DNA of 32,400 nucleotides from a virus. Every line of letters begins with the position of its first letter. The stretch's first letter is position 1. Of this stretch, positions 23,874-32,154 are shown in pieces. The translations under genes were made by a program, and so were the position numbers. The notes under the pieces were generated by a model. That model was given only the letters and a program-made list of their open reading frames with translations. It was not told the origin of the DNA and did no database searches. Location of the stretch: IMG/VR virus record IMGVR_UViG_3300045988_046446; one strand, 5' to 3'.

Positions 23874-23978
23874 AATCTTTTGTTTTTAAATTGTTATTAT
23901 TTCCTTTTGACATTACAAATATAGGGTTTATTCCAATACGTTGTATATTTCATTAACACTGTTTAAGAATAAACCCTA
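23874..23978 (-). promoter_or_regulatory. early promoter-leader cassette, copy 5, embedded in a 12-bp inverted repeat
   Basis: -7 box TATATTTG at 23916-23923. Upstream element GTTAATGAAATATACAACGT at 23938-23957. The inverted repeat is tagggtttattc (23922-23933) and gaataaacccta (23967-23978). Confidence 0.55.
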
Positions 23979-24003
23979 TTTTAGTCAATCTGTTAACAAG
24001 TCG

Positions 24004-26454
24004 TTAACTTTCAGACTTGGTATCGACGTCTGCGTTAACAATTCTTTTGAAACCTCTTTGTTGTCCGTATGACTTCACCCTCTGTCTGCTACGCTCCCAC
24101 CCGGGTAACTTGCTCAGTATGTCGTTAATCTCGGAAGCGTCTCGGGCCTTAATCTTTCCTACCTCGAAGCCTAAAGCCTCAACCAGCACGCCCGTAGCGC
24201 TAACGAAGTCCATCTGTACGCATTCCTCTTTTGTTATCTCGTCCTCGTCGTAATTCTCGTAATACATGCGACGCTCCAAAGGAAACATTTTCTCCCAGTT
24301 GGCGGGCACGTACATGTCGCAATACTTTGCAACGGCTTCGGTACGTGGGTCTGTCTCGAAGTGTTCCTCTCTGCCTTGTTCTGCGATTACCTCCGCTTCT
24401 GCGGACAACAACGTAGACACACCGCGGAAATACATGTTAACGGCTTCCGCCCATAACTGGTCTACGTATGCCGGGAAATCGGCCTCAAAGATAAGATGGG
24501 TGTTTTCGTTGGCACGTACACGTACGGGTAAAAATCTACGCCCTCCGGTTGCGTCCTTCAAAAACTCGTCCTTGTTGGTTGTCCCAAAGAAAACGCATTG
24601 ACGCGGAAAGTTCTTTGTTACACGCCCGTACGCTGGTCTAAAGCTGTCCTCGGTCTTGGTGATGAAATTCTTAACCATCTCCACCTCTGAACGTCTCATT
24701 GCTGACAACTCGGCAATCTCCAATATCCAGTTACCCTGCAATTGTTCAAACGCTGTCTTGCCGTCCATCGTTGACAAGCTATCGGAGAACCACTGTTTAC
24801 CCAGCATCTTAAGGAATGTACTTTTTCCTGCCCCTTGGTCTGACTGTAGAACCAGCATACTATCGAACTTGCAACCCTTTTGAAAGATACGTTTAACCGC
24901 ACCTACCATCATGATACGAAAAGCCTCGCGAGTGTATATGTTATCCTCCGCACCGAGTATATCGATTAGGGCGGTATCTACGCGCTCCGTACCGTCCCAT
25001 TCCAAATTAGTTAGGTAGTTCTGCACCGGGTGGAAAGAATTAATCTCGGCAACCAGTGAGATAGCATCATCCACCTTAAACGAGCTACTGATGCCGTAAA
25101 CGTCTTCAATATGCTTTCTAACCCCTGCAAAGTCTACGTCTTGAAAGTCCGTACTACTGTCTTTCGGTCTCCATATAGGGGTACGGGTAACTACCCTGCG
25201 TTCTTTAAATAGGTCTCGTGCTATCAGCCCTTTTAAATTCGGGTCGTACTTAAGTATTAAACCCAGGTTCTTTGCGCTCGACAAGTAATTACCTTTTTTA
25301 TCTACTTCGAGTTCCGCCATCACCTTTTCAAATGATACCTCGGGCAAATTGTCGTGAACCTCTTCGGGTTCAATGGTTTCTTCGAAGTCATTCATAACCT
25401 CGGTAGTCTTTGCAAGCAAACGGGACGCACGCATTTCCGCTACCTTCGCGTCCTTGTTTACAAGTTCGTTCATCGCGTCTGTTGACTTCGTGCGGTCTTG
25501 TCCCTTATCCATCTTGCCGAACTTGTGTACACGTACCAAGTCGTAGGCATTAAACACGTGGTTACCTTGGATGGGGTCGTTGTTATGGAATGAGTATGCA
25601 AACATATCGTTGAAAGTAAGCATACCGCCCGAAGTAGAACCGCCGCTATACGTCCATCTGTCCGGCTGGTCGGTCGGTTCGTAAACGTCCGGCAAGTATT
25701 CCGCGATAACTTCTGAAATGGTGTACGCCCGGCAAAAGTCGCCTACCGTACCTTCCTTTAAAGTAGGGTCTTGCTGCTCCTTAACAAAGGTACGTACTTC
25801 GCCTTTCTCATCCTTGTGGTATGCCCATTCCGTCGTGTCGTGCCAATCTTCGTACATGTTAAGGTATTCGTTCACGTCCAAAGGGGTTTCACATAACTGT
25901 GAATAGTCGGTGTAATCATAGTCTACGTCTCGGGACACGGAGGGGAAAAACATACATCGCTCGGGCTGAAAGGTCGTTCGGTCGTACAAGTCTATCCCGG
26001 TAATCTCGGCAACCTTCCTGGCAATAGCTTCGTACTGCTCACCGTCCACGGGTTCGGACAACGGAATAATAACGCGATAACGCAACACACCTGCTTTCGG
26101 GTTATGCTTATGTGTCCCGTGTATGATGCAGGCACAATTGATAGCTGCGAAAAAACGCTCCGGGAAGTCAGCCTCTCCGTAGTCGATATCAAGCGCCAAT
26201 AGCGAACGCTCGCCTACGTTGTTTTTGTTTCGCCTGCTACCGAATAATTCACCGCCCATGAATGCGCCTACGTCTTTAATCGCTCCTTGTTCGGCTTTGC
26301 TCGCTGCCATGAACTCGCGGTATGTTTCTTCCGTTACCTTCGCACTGGTGAACTTCTTTGCAAGTTCTTCCCATGTGTAGGTACGGTTCTTCCAACTTAC
26401 CGACTTCGCGTTAGTAGCGGTCGCAACCTTAAAAGTCATTTTTTTTAATTCCAT
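24004..26454 (-). CDS. DNA primase / VirE-family (P-loop) helicase fusion
   Basis: The C-terminal region QSDQGAGKSTFLKMLG...WILEIAEL...FRPAYGR...VFFGTTN..FLKDATGGRRFLPVRV is a close match to the virulence-associated protein E family pattern. The N-terminal half has LALDIDYGE and GTHKH motifs compatible with a primase-polymerase domain. Confidence 0.85.
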   Translation of the reverse strand: MELKKMTFKVATATNAKSVSWKNRTYTWEELAKKFTSAKVTEETYREFMAASKAEQGAIKDVGAFMGGELFGSRRNKNNVGERSLLALDIDYGEADFPERFFAAINCACIIHGTHKHNPKAGVLRYRVIIPLSEPVDGEQYEAIARKVAEITGIDLYDRTTFQPERCMFFPSVSRDVDYDYTDYSQLCETPLDVNEYLNMYEDWHDTTEWAYHKDEKGEVRTFVKEQQDPTLKEGTVGDFCRAYTISEVIAEYLPDVYEPTDQPDRWTYSGGSTSGGMLTFNDMFAYSFHNNDPIQGNHVFNAYDLVRVHKFGKMDKGQDRTKSTDAMNELVNKDAKVAEMRASRLLAKTTEVMNDFEETIEPEEVHDNLPEVSFEKVMAELEVDKKGNYLSSAKNLGLILKYDPNLKGLIARDLFKERRVVTRTPIWRPKDSSTDFQDVDFAGVRKHIEDVYGISSSFKVDDAISLVAEINSFHPVQNYLTNLEWDGTERVDTALIDILGAEDNIYTREAFRIMMVGAVKRIFQKGCKFDSMLVLQSDQGAGKSTFLKMLGKQWFSDSLSTMDGKTAFEQLQGNWILEIAELSAMRRSEVEMVKNFITKTEDSFRPAYGRVTKNFPRQCVFFGTTNKDEFLKDATGGRRFLPVRVRANENTHLIFEADFPAYVDQLWAEAVNMYFRGVSTLLSAEAEVIAEQGREEHFETDPRTEAVAKYCDMYVPANWEKMFPLERRMYYENYDEDEITKEECVQMDFVSATGVLVEALGFEVGKIKARDASEINDILSKLPGWERSRQRVKSYGQQRGFKRIVNADVDTKSES

Positions 26455-26457
26455 TTC

Positions 26458-28485
26458 CTAATCTTTTTTATAATATTCCGTTATGTAACCGGCCGCTCGC
26501 AATGGGATGTTAGCCGCCCAACTTGGCGCTTCACACATTGCATCTATCATCGCGTTAAGCGTTAATTCTTCGTTCCCGTCTTTAGGTATTTCCGCGGCTA
26601 TCTCATCATGAACGTGTAGAACAATGTTATAACCCATATCGAAAACCTTGAAAATAGCGTTTGCCAACAAGTCCCTGCTTATGGCCTGCACAATGTTCTC
26701 CGTTAGCTTGCCTCCGTAGGTGTGTAACTTCGCCCATTTGCCCGTGGTTTGCTCTTGTCCCATGTAGGAAATATCCTGCACATCAAACTCTCCGTTCGGG
26801 CCCGATACTGTTCTACTACTTAAACGTGCGGAAGGGTAAAAAAGTTTTCGCCCCGATGGTAACTCTATAGTCATTACTCCACCTTCGTATCTGAATACTA
26901 TTGAGGAAAACTCGTCAATAACATACGTTTGCGGCCTGCGTGTTCCAATACACGTTTTTGCAGCATTCTCTAAAGACTTCCACAAAGATACTACTTTTTT
27001 GTTAGCTTCTCTCCATTTTAACAGTATTTGAGGCTTTTCTTCTTCCGTTAACGCTTTCTTGGTGTCCATTGTAGTAAGGGCGTTAACCCCACCGCCGTAA
27101 CCTAATGCAAGTTCGGCAACCTTTCCGCGCTGTCTTAGCTCGTCCCCCTTATGGACGGGCACACCGAACATCTTAGAAGCGGAAGCACAATATATATCGG
27201 CTTTAGGGTCTTTGAACAATTCTAACCGCCATTGTTCATTGGCTACCCACGCGATTACACGTGCCTCAATCGCGGAGAAGTCCGCCACGGAGAAGGTATA
27301 ACCTTCGGGGGCGATAAACGCGGTACGTATAAGCTGGGATAGAATGTGTGTAGGTTTAGTGTACATTAGCTCCATTAGTGATAAATCATGCAACTTTGCC
27401 AGGTCTCGCGCTTCGTCCAGCTCCTCGATATGGTTTTGCGGTAGGTTCTGCAACTGAACCAAGCGCCCAGCCCATCGTCCGGTACGGTTCGCACCGTAAT
27501 ACCTAAACAAACCTCTAATACGGTCTCCTCGTCCTGCACTTGCAAGGATGGCGGTGTACTTTGCGTTGGATGTCTTACCGATTTCCCGGCGTAGGTCGAT
27601 AACGTCTAATACTGCTTGCTTGTCTGCTTCCGGGACGTTCTTAAGGCTCGCAATCTCTTTTATAACATCCTCTATCACTCCCTTGGTTAGCGACGAAACA
27701 ACTACTCCAGTACGTTTCTTGATGAACTCTTTTAGTTGGGGCATGGACTTTAGAGAACCGATGCCGTACTTTTGTTCCGCTATCTCGGCTAACTTCTGTT
27801 TATACTCCTCGTCCATATCCCGGGCGGCCGTTGCTAACTGTAAATCGGCACGTATTCCGTAGTCGTTTATTCGCTGGTCTGCTGCGTATATGCGCTGCTC
27901 CAGTTCTGGGAAGTCAAACCGAGATAATTTTCCGAATATTTCCTTTTCAGAAAGCACGTCATAGCGGAGATATTCTATAAATTCGTTCCATGCCTCGGGG
28001 TCATGCTCTGGAAGGTTACGGGTACGCCCGCCGTTCGTTTTGGTAGGTTTACAAGGAACGGAGAAATATCGGATAAGGTTTTTTCCCGTGCCTAATTTCT
28101 TATCCTGCAAATCGAGAATCTGCGAAACCGCGTCAAGCGATGGCGGCATACCGCAATAGAGCGCCATGTTAGCCGTACAGAAAAATCGCATAGGACTTAT
28201 ATCAAAGCCGTATTCCTTCAAACAGACGCGCTCAAACGTAGCATTGTGGGCCACTATAACTACTTCCGGGTCATTGGCTACAGAGGTGAACAACTCGTTA
28301 AACTCTGTACGCCCGTTGGGGGTTGTAAGGTCTATTATTGATACCTCCGTGTCGGTGTCCCACATATAACCGCACAACAATATTTCAAATGCCGGGTCTT
28401 CGCAATACTTGTAGTTGCCAGCGCTTTTAATATCTGTTTCGGAATAGGTTTCAAAGTCTATAAATAAATGTTTCATAATATACAT
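26458..28485 (-). CDS. family A DNA polymerase with a 3'-5' exonuclease domain
   Basis: Exo I FIDFETYS, Exo II HNATFE and Exo III YLRYDV. Pol motif A DFSAIEARV, motif B RQRGKVAELALGYGGG and motif C HVHDEI. Confidence 0.9.
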   Translation of the reverse strand: MYIMKHLFIDFETYSETDIKSAGNYKYCEDPAFEILLCGYMWDTDTEVSIIDLTTPNGRTEFNELFTSVANDPEVVIVAHNATFERVCLKEYGFDISPMRFFCTANMALYCGMPPSLDAVSQILDLQDKKLGTGKNLIRYFSVPCKPTKTNGGRTRNLPEHDPEAWNEFIEYLRYDVLSEKEIFGKLSRFDFPELEQRIYAADQRINDYGIRADLQLATAARDMDEEYKQKLAEIAEQKYGIGSLKSMPQLKEFIKKRTGVVVSSLTKGVIEDVIKEIASLKNVPEADKQAVLDVIDLRREIGKTSNAKYTAILASAGRGDRIRGLFRYYGANRTGRWAGRLVQLQNLPQNHIEELDEARDLAKLHDLSLMELMYTKPTHILSQLIRTAFIAPEGYTFSVADFSAIEARVIAWVANEQWRLELFKDPKADIYCASASKMFGVPVHKGDELRQRGKVAELALGYGGGVNALTTMDTKKALTEEEKPQILLKWREANKKVVSLWKSLENAAKTCIGTRRPQTYVIDEFSSIVFRYEGGVMTIELPSGRKLFYPSARLSSRTVSGPNGEFDVQDISYMGQEQTTGKWAKLHTYGGKLTENIVQAISRDLLANAIFKVFDMGYNIVLHVHDEIAAEIPKDGNEELTLNAMIDAMCEAPSWAANIPLRAAGYITEYYKKD

Positions 28486-28690
28486 AAGTCTTTTGAATTA
28501 ATGCATAGAATCTTTTTCGCGTAATCAATTGCAAATTAGGGTTGCTAAACAATATCGCATTGTCTCGGGTTCTCACTAATGTGTGATAATAATTAGCTCC
28601 GCTCGGTTGGTTATACACCTAGTCTATAAAATACTTCGTTGTAACTTTCATAATATTCTTTGGTTTTAATTGTTTATACTAATACAACGG

Positions 28691-28721
28691 CAAAGGTAGG
28701 TAAATGTTTTGGATAAACAAG
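28691..28721 (-). promoter_or_regulatory. possible promoter of the polymerase-primase unit
   Basis: Minus strand reads CTTG, a 19-nt spacer, then TACCTTTG (28691-28698, an exact TAnnTTTG). It starts right after the strong terminator. The leader to the pol ATG would be about 200 nt. Confidence 0.35.
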
Positions 28722-28764
28722 AAAAAGGGCTATCAATTGCAATTATTTAACAATTGATAGCCCT
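28722..28764 (-). terminator. strong rho-independent terminator after the metallophosphoesterase gene
   Basis: Perfect 14-bp stem, agggctatcaattg (28726-28739) with caattgatagccct (28751-28764), and an 11-nt loop. On the minus strand it is followed by TTTTTCTTGTTT. It lies 5 nt after the stop at 28770. Confidence 0.8.
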
Positions 28765-28769
28765 ATTAT

Positions 28770-29873
28770 TTAGTCGGCAAAAATAGGCGAGTAGAAAATA
28801 AAACCTCGCTTCTCGTTCAGAATAACGTATGTTTGTTGGGGTTCTTCGTATGCCAGCCCGTGGCCCATTGCGAACGCGTCGAAGCCTTTCAGAGAACCGT
28901 TCACACAAACCTCTTTAGTGTATATCATTTGGTGATAATGCCCTATGAACGCCTTATCTATCTTAATTGTTTGGTTAAGCTTGGCATACCATTTAAACAT
29001 ACTCGGGTATATGCCCCCGATGCCGCCGGCGCTTCTAAACTGGTGTCCGTGGCAGAATAAAATCCTTTTGCCGTATATATCCAGGTATGCAAACTCACTT
29101 TCGGGAATGATGAACTCAAACTTTGTCAACCCCATAAGTGTTAGGGTTTGTTCAATATCCTTGTACATGAAATATTCATGGTTCATGGCGAAACCATTGG
29201 CAAATTGCATTTTCTTTGTTGTTCTCGTATGGTTTCCACATATGCCTACAACTACTATTTTTTGAAGGTCTGGCAGTTCGTCGTGGATAGCCTTAAGCCC
29301 CGATATTACCAGTGTCTTTACGAATTGTATACCCTGCATAGGGGACATACTATTAGTTTGCGCCAGTTCGTCGTGAATATATCCGCCTATCATATCACCA
29401 ATAAGACCTACTACCAGGTTATCTACTGGCTTTTTCTTAACCATATAGATAGCGTTTGAGAAAAAGTTCTTTATTCTCTTTTCCGCTATATCTCTGTTGT
29501 ATTCGTTCTTGCCTAAAACGGTGGAGGCCTTAACAACCTCATCCGCGTGCCAGTCACTGGCTATCAAAAAGCCCGTGTTACTTTCGTCAAGCGCTGATTT
29601 AGCTTTTGCGTGAATCTCCACCAGTTCGATAGGCGCGCTGTCTTTCTTTAGGTCTATGATACCTCGTATCTCTTCTTCTGTGTACAGTGTTTGAAACTCT
29701 GCTATTACAGGGTCTACCACTACTTCGATAGGTTCGCTTTCCGGTACGGTAGGGCCGTTCATGCGTGCGTTCCAGTACGCGGTATCTCTCTTTGTATATT
29801 TCTTCACGGGTTTGCCCGTTGCCTTTGAAATTCTAACCCCCTGCGCGTTTATGTATGAATCACTTTTTCCCAT
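28770..29873 (-). CDS. calcineurin-like metallophosphoesterase (Mre11/SbcD- or phosphatase-like) with a basic N-terminal extension
   Basis: All five MPE motifs are readable: SDWHAD (DxH), IGDMIGG (GD), CGNHTR (GNH), CHGHQ (H) and IGHYHQ (GHxH). Confidence 0.75.
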   Translation of the reverse strand: MGKSDSYINAQGVRISKATGKPVKKYTKRDTAYWNARMNGPTVPESEPIEVVVDPVIAEFQTLYTEEEIRGIIDLKKDSAPIELVEIHAKAKSALDESNTGFLIASDWHADEVVKASTVLGKNEYNRDIAEKRIKNFFSNAIYMVKKKPVDNLVVGLIGDMIGGYIHDELAQTNSMSPMQGIQFVKTLVISGLKAIHDELPDLQKIVVVGICGNHTRTTKKMQFANGFAMNHEYFMYKDIEQTLTLMGLTKFEFIIPESEFAYLDIYGKRILFCHGHQFRSAGGIGGIYPSMFKWYAKLNQTIKIDKAFIGHYHQMIYTKEVCVNGSLKGFDAFAMGHGLAYEEPQQTYVILNEKRGFIFYSPIFAD

Positions 29874-29890
29874 TTTTGCTTTTTAAAATT

Positions 29891-29912
29891 GTGGGGGCTC
29901 TTACGCCCCCAC
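29891..29912 (-). terminator. possible attenuator hairpin after the ssDNA-binding protein gene
   Basis: GC stem of 8 bp, gtgggggc/gcccccac, with a 6-nt loop. On the minus strand it is followed by only a short T run (AATTTTAAAAAG), so it is weak as an intrinsic terminator. Confidence 0.4.
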
Positions 29913-29947
29913 GTTCTTACTAATGTTTTTTTTTTACTCCGAAAGGG

Positions 29948-30493
29948 TTACTTAAACAAATCGTCGTTCTCGTCGATATCCACCGTATCGAAATCGTCAA
30001 GACTTGTTCCACCATCCAAACGTTCACCGTCTGCCGTCTTCTGTATTCCGTTCAGACCCACACCTACGCCGTACTTCCCGGTAAACTCATAAGTGTAAAA
30101 GGAAACAGCTACATTACCGTAACATCCGCTATACACCTCGTTTTTGTCTGTTATGTACTGTTTACGGCCGTCGATAACGATAGGCGCGCCTTGTGCCTCT
30201 TTACGCTTCGCGTTGATAAAGTAGCAACCCTTGTATTCTGCACCGTCTTTTTCTTCGTCGCCATCTCTTAACGGGCCGTTCCATGTCCTGGGGTCTTTGC
30301 CTGCGAGTTTAGGATATTTAGTCTTAAACGTTGCGCGCTCGGCTTCAATGGCGGCTTTAATCTTCGGAACTTCCGGGCTGTTCTTGTCAATAAGTAGACA
30401 AACACTATACGTTGCGTCTCCTTGTCCGTTAATTTGTGATGCTTCAAATACACGTACATAACTCAATCTCGCGTTTTTAATCATTGCTTTCAT
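29948..30493 (-). CDS. DUF2815-family ssDNA-binding protein (start re-set to MKAMIKNARLSY)
   Basis: ARLSYVRVFE...YSVCLLIDK...GPLRDGDEEKDGAEYKGCYFINAKR...VYSGCYGNVAVSFYTYE..KYGVGVGLNGIQKTADGERL follows the DUF2815 pattern. It sits between the DUF2800 nuclease gene and the polymerase gene, as is typical. Confidence 0.85.
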   Translation of the reverse strand: MKAMIKNARLSYVRVFEASQINGQGDATYSVCLLIDKNSPEVPKIKAAIEAERATFKTKYPKLAGKDPRTWNGPLRDGDEEKDGAEYKGCYFINAKRKEAQGAPIVIDGRKQYITDKNEVYSGCYGNVAVSFYTYEFTGKYGVGVGLNGIQKTADGERLDGGTSLDDFDTVDIDENDDLFK

Positions 30494-30593
30494 ATTACAC
30501 TTTTTTTCTTTTTGTCCTCTAATCGGTTCGGACGTTCCGTTTTTAATTTGGTGTTGCAGAGATAACAAATAAATCTATAAGTTGTTTACTCTG

Positions 30594-30902
30594 TTAACCT
30601 TGTTTAACTTTAAAAGTTTTCGGTGCTATCGAAATAGCGTAATCTAAATCCCTTTGGTATGCCGACCATACGATATACTTCGGGTCATTTTTCCCATGCA
30701 CTCTAAAGCTATATCCGTCTAACTTTCTAATAGCTTTAATCTCGTCCATACTGAATTCCTTTAGAGCTACCAAAAGTTTTTGCATATCTGTAGAGGTTCT
30801 TTCAAGTTCCTTGTTAGTCCATGTGCGGAATTGCTTTTTGTTCCAAAACTTTGTTCTTGCTTGAATCTCTTTCTCTGTTAGAATACCGTTGTTACTTTTC
30901 AT
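30594..30902 (-). CDS. hypothetical early protein (102 aa)
   Basis: ORF in the track, preceded by cassette copy 1. Confidence 0.6.
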   Translation of the reverse strand: MKSNNGILTEKEIQARTKFWNKKQFRTWTNKELERTSTDMQKLLVALKEFSMDEIKAIRKLDGYSFRVHGKNDPKYIVWSAYQRDLDYAISIAPKTFKVKQG

Positions 30903-30970
30903 ATCGTTTTGTTTTTAAATTGATAATGCAAATATAACGCTTTATCTGATAGGTTGGTTCTTTCGTTAAC
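30903..30970 (-). promoter_or_regulatory. early promoter-leader cassette, copy 1
   Basis: Minus strand reads GTTAACGAAAGAACCAACCTATCAGATAAAGCGTTATATTTGCATTATCAATTTAAAAACAAAACGATATG. The -7 box is at 30929-30936 and the upstream element at 30954-30970. Confidence 0.6.
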
Positions 30971-30975
30971 TTCTT

Positions 30976-32154
30976 TTATGAATTTAATTCCTCAAACATA
31001 TCCAAAGTAGGTTGTATCGGTTCTCTTTTATCGCTTTCCGGTGCGAGCGTTGGCGCGCCATGGGGCTTAATTATTACACCGTCCAGTAGAACCGTTAACG
31101 GCTTCTTTCCCACGGTTCGTTCCAGGTCTCCGATGCCTTTTATCTTCGTATTGATAAGGGTTTCCCGGTCAAAACCTGCCTCCGTTAGTCGTTTTAACGC
31201 CTCTGCTTCGTCTTTAATGACCCGTGTCGACCTGCCTTCCACCAGCTTCCACCCGTTAACGTGCTTGCCGCTTAAGGCCTCGGACATCGCAAACTGTTTA
31301 ACTGCTGATAGCCAATCGGTAAACATATCCGCCTTATTAAGTATCTCCCCAATTTCCTCTAAAGATAGGGCTTTGGTTTCTCCGTGGGTCTCGAACTCGT
31401 TAACAAGTGCATCACGTTGCGCCCGGCATTGGGCTTTGAACTTGCAGAACTTACAATGAGAACCTACCCTCGTTTCTCCTTGCCCGGCAAATGCTTTTTC
31501 GGCCGTCGGTCTTAGTACGTGTATCGCCCAGTGGGTGAGGTCTCGTGCAGACATCTCGAATACCGGGAAATGTCCCAAACGTACCTGGGCGATGTGCATA
31601 CGTACCAGTTCTATTTTAGACTGCTTTTCGGGCGGTAGGGAACGAAGAACGCCAAGTGCATAGAGCATTAATTGCGTGTTGTTCTCGGCTTCCACCTGCA
31701 CGCCCTTCCCATACTTAAGGTCTATGATGTTTAGGACTGTTTTGCCTACTATATCACAGTCGCAGCTACCGAAACACTCGGGTACGTACATTGTTAGGTC
31801 GAACTTTCGTTCTATGCTCATTTCCGCGCCCTCTATGGCCTCGTAAACGTCGCACACATAGCATACGTAGTCGGTTACGTACTTATCCATCTCGGGGCTG
31901 TAATACTTGTTTTCCGCAATCTCTTTAGGTACGGGCAATTCGTCAAGTAATGGGGTGTATTCACCAGCCAAATACTTTCTTATTGCGTGCTCTGCCAACT
32001 CGTGAGCTACTGTTCCCTCTTCCGATGCCGCGCTTCCCGTGCTCGGTATGTTTTCTTCCAACCGCGCAGACGGTGTGCAATACATCCAACGGTGTGAGCT
32101 GCTTGGCGATAGGAGCGCGTGTTCGCGCTCACTATGGTTTATTTGTTCTTTCAT
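30976..32154 (-). CDS. DUF2800-family PD-(D/E)XK nuclease (Cas4/RecB-like, with a Cys cluster)
   Basis: The N-terminus HALLSPSSSHRWMYCTPSARL...EEGTVAHELAE is typical of DUF2800. The nuclease core is CDCDIV...IIDLKYGKG...QLMLYAL. The C-terminal cysteines are HCKFCKFKAQC. Confidence 0.85.
   Translation of the reverse strand: MKEQINHSEREHALLSPSSSHRWMYCTPSARLEENIPSTGSAASEEGTVAHELAEHAIRKYLAGEYTPLLDELPVPKEIAENKYYSPEMDKYVTDYVCYVCDVYEAIEGAEMSIERKFDLTMYVPECFGSCDCDIVGKTVLNIIDLKYGKGVQVEAENNTQLMLYALGVLRSLPPEKQSKIELVRMHIAQVRLGHFPVFEMSARDLTHWAIHVLRPTAEKAFAGQGETRVGSHCKFCKFKAQCRAQRDALVNEFETHGETKALSLEEIGEILNKADMFTDWLSAVKQFAMSEALSGKHVNGWKLVEGRSTRVIKDEAEALKRLTEAGFDRETLINTKIKGIGDLERTVGKKPLTVLLDGVIIKPHGAPTLAPESDKREPIQPTLDMFEELNS

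Noticed and set aside
28619-28651. The in-frame TAG after MKVTTKYFID as evidence of stop-codon reassignment (TAG recoding, as in some gut phages)
   Set aside because: All large genes are intact under the standard code, and at least one well-supported gene (VRR-NUC, 21920..22258) terminates with TAG. A single interrupted mini-ORF is better explained as a remnant or an upstream ORF.
30494-30568. N-terminal extension of the DUF2815 ORF (MLSLQHQIKNGTSEPIRGQKEKKCN)
   Set aside because: The family typically begins a few residues before the (R/K)LSY motif. The internal ATG at 30491-30493 (MKAMIKNARLSY) fits this, so the extension is probably untranslated.
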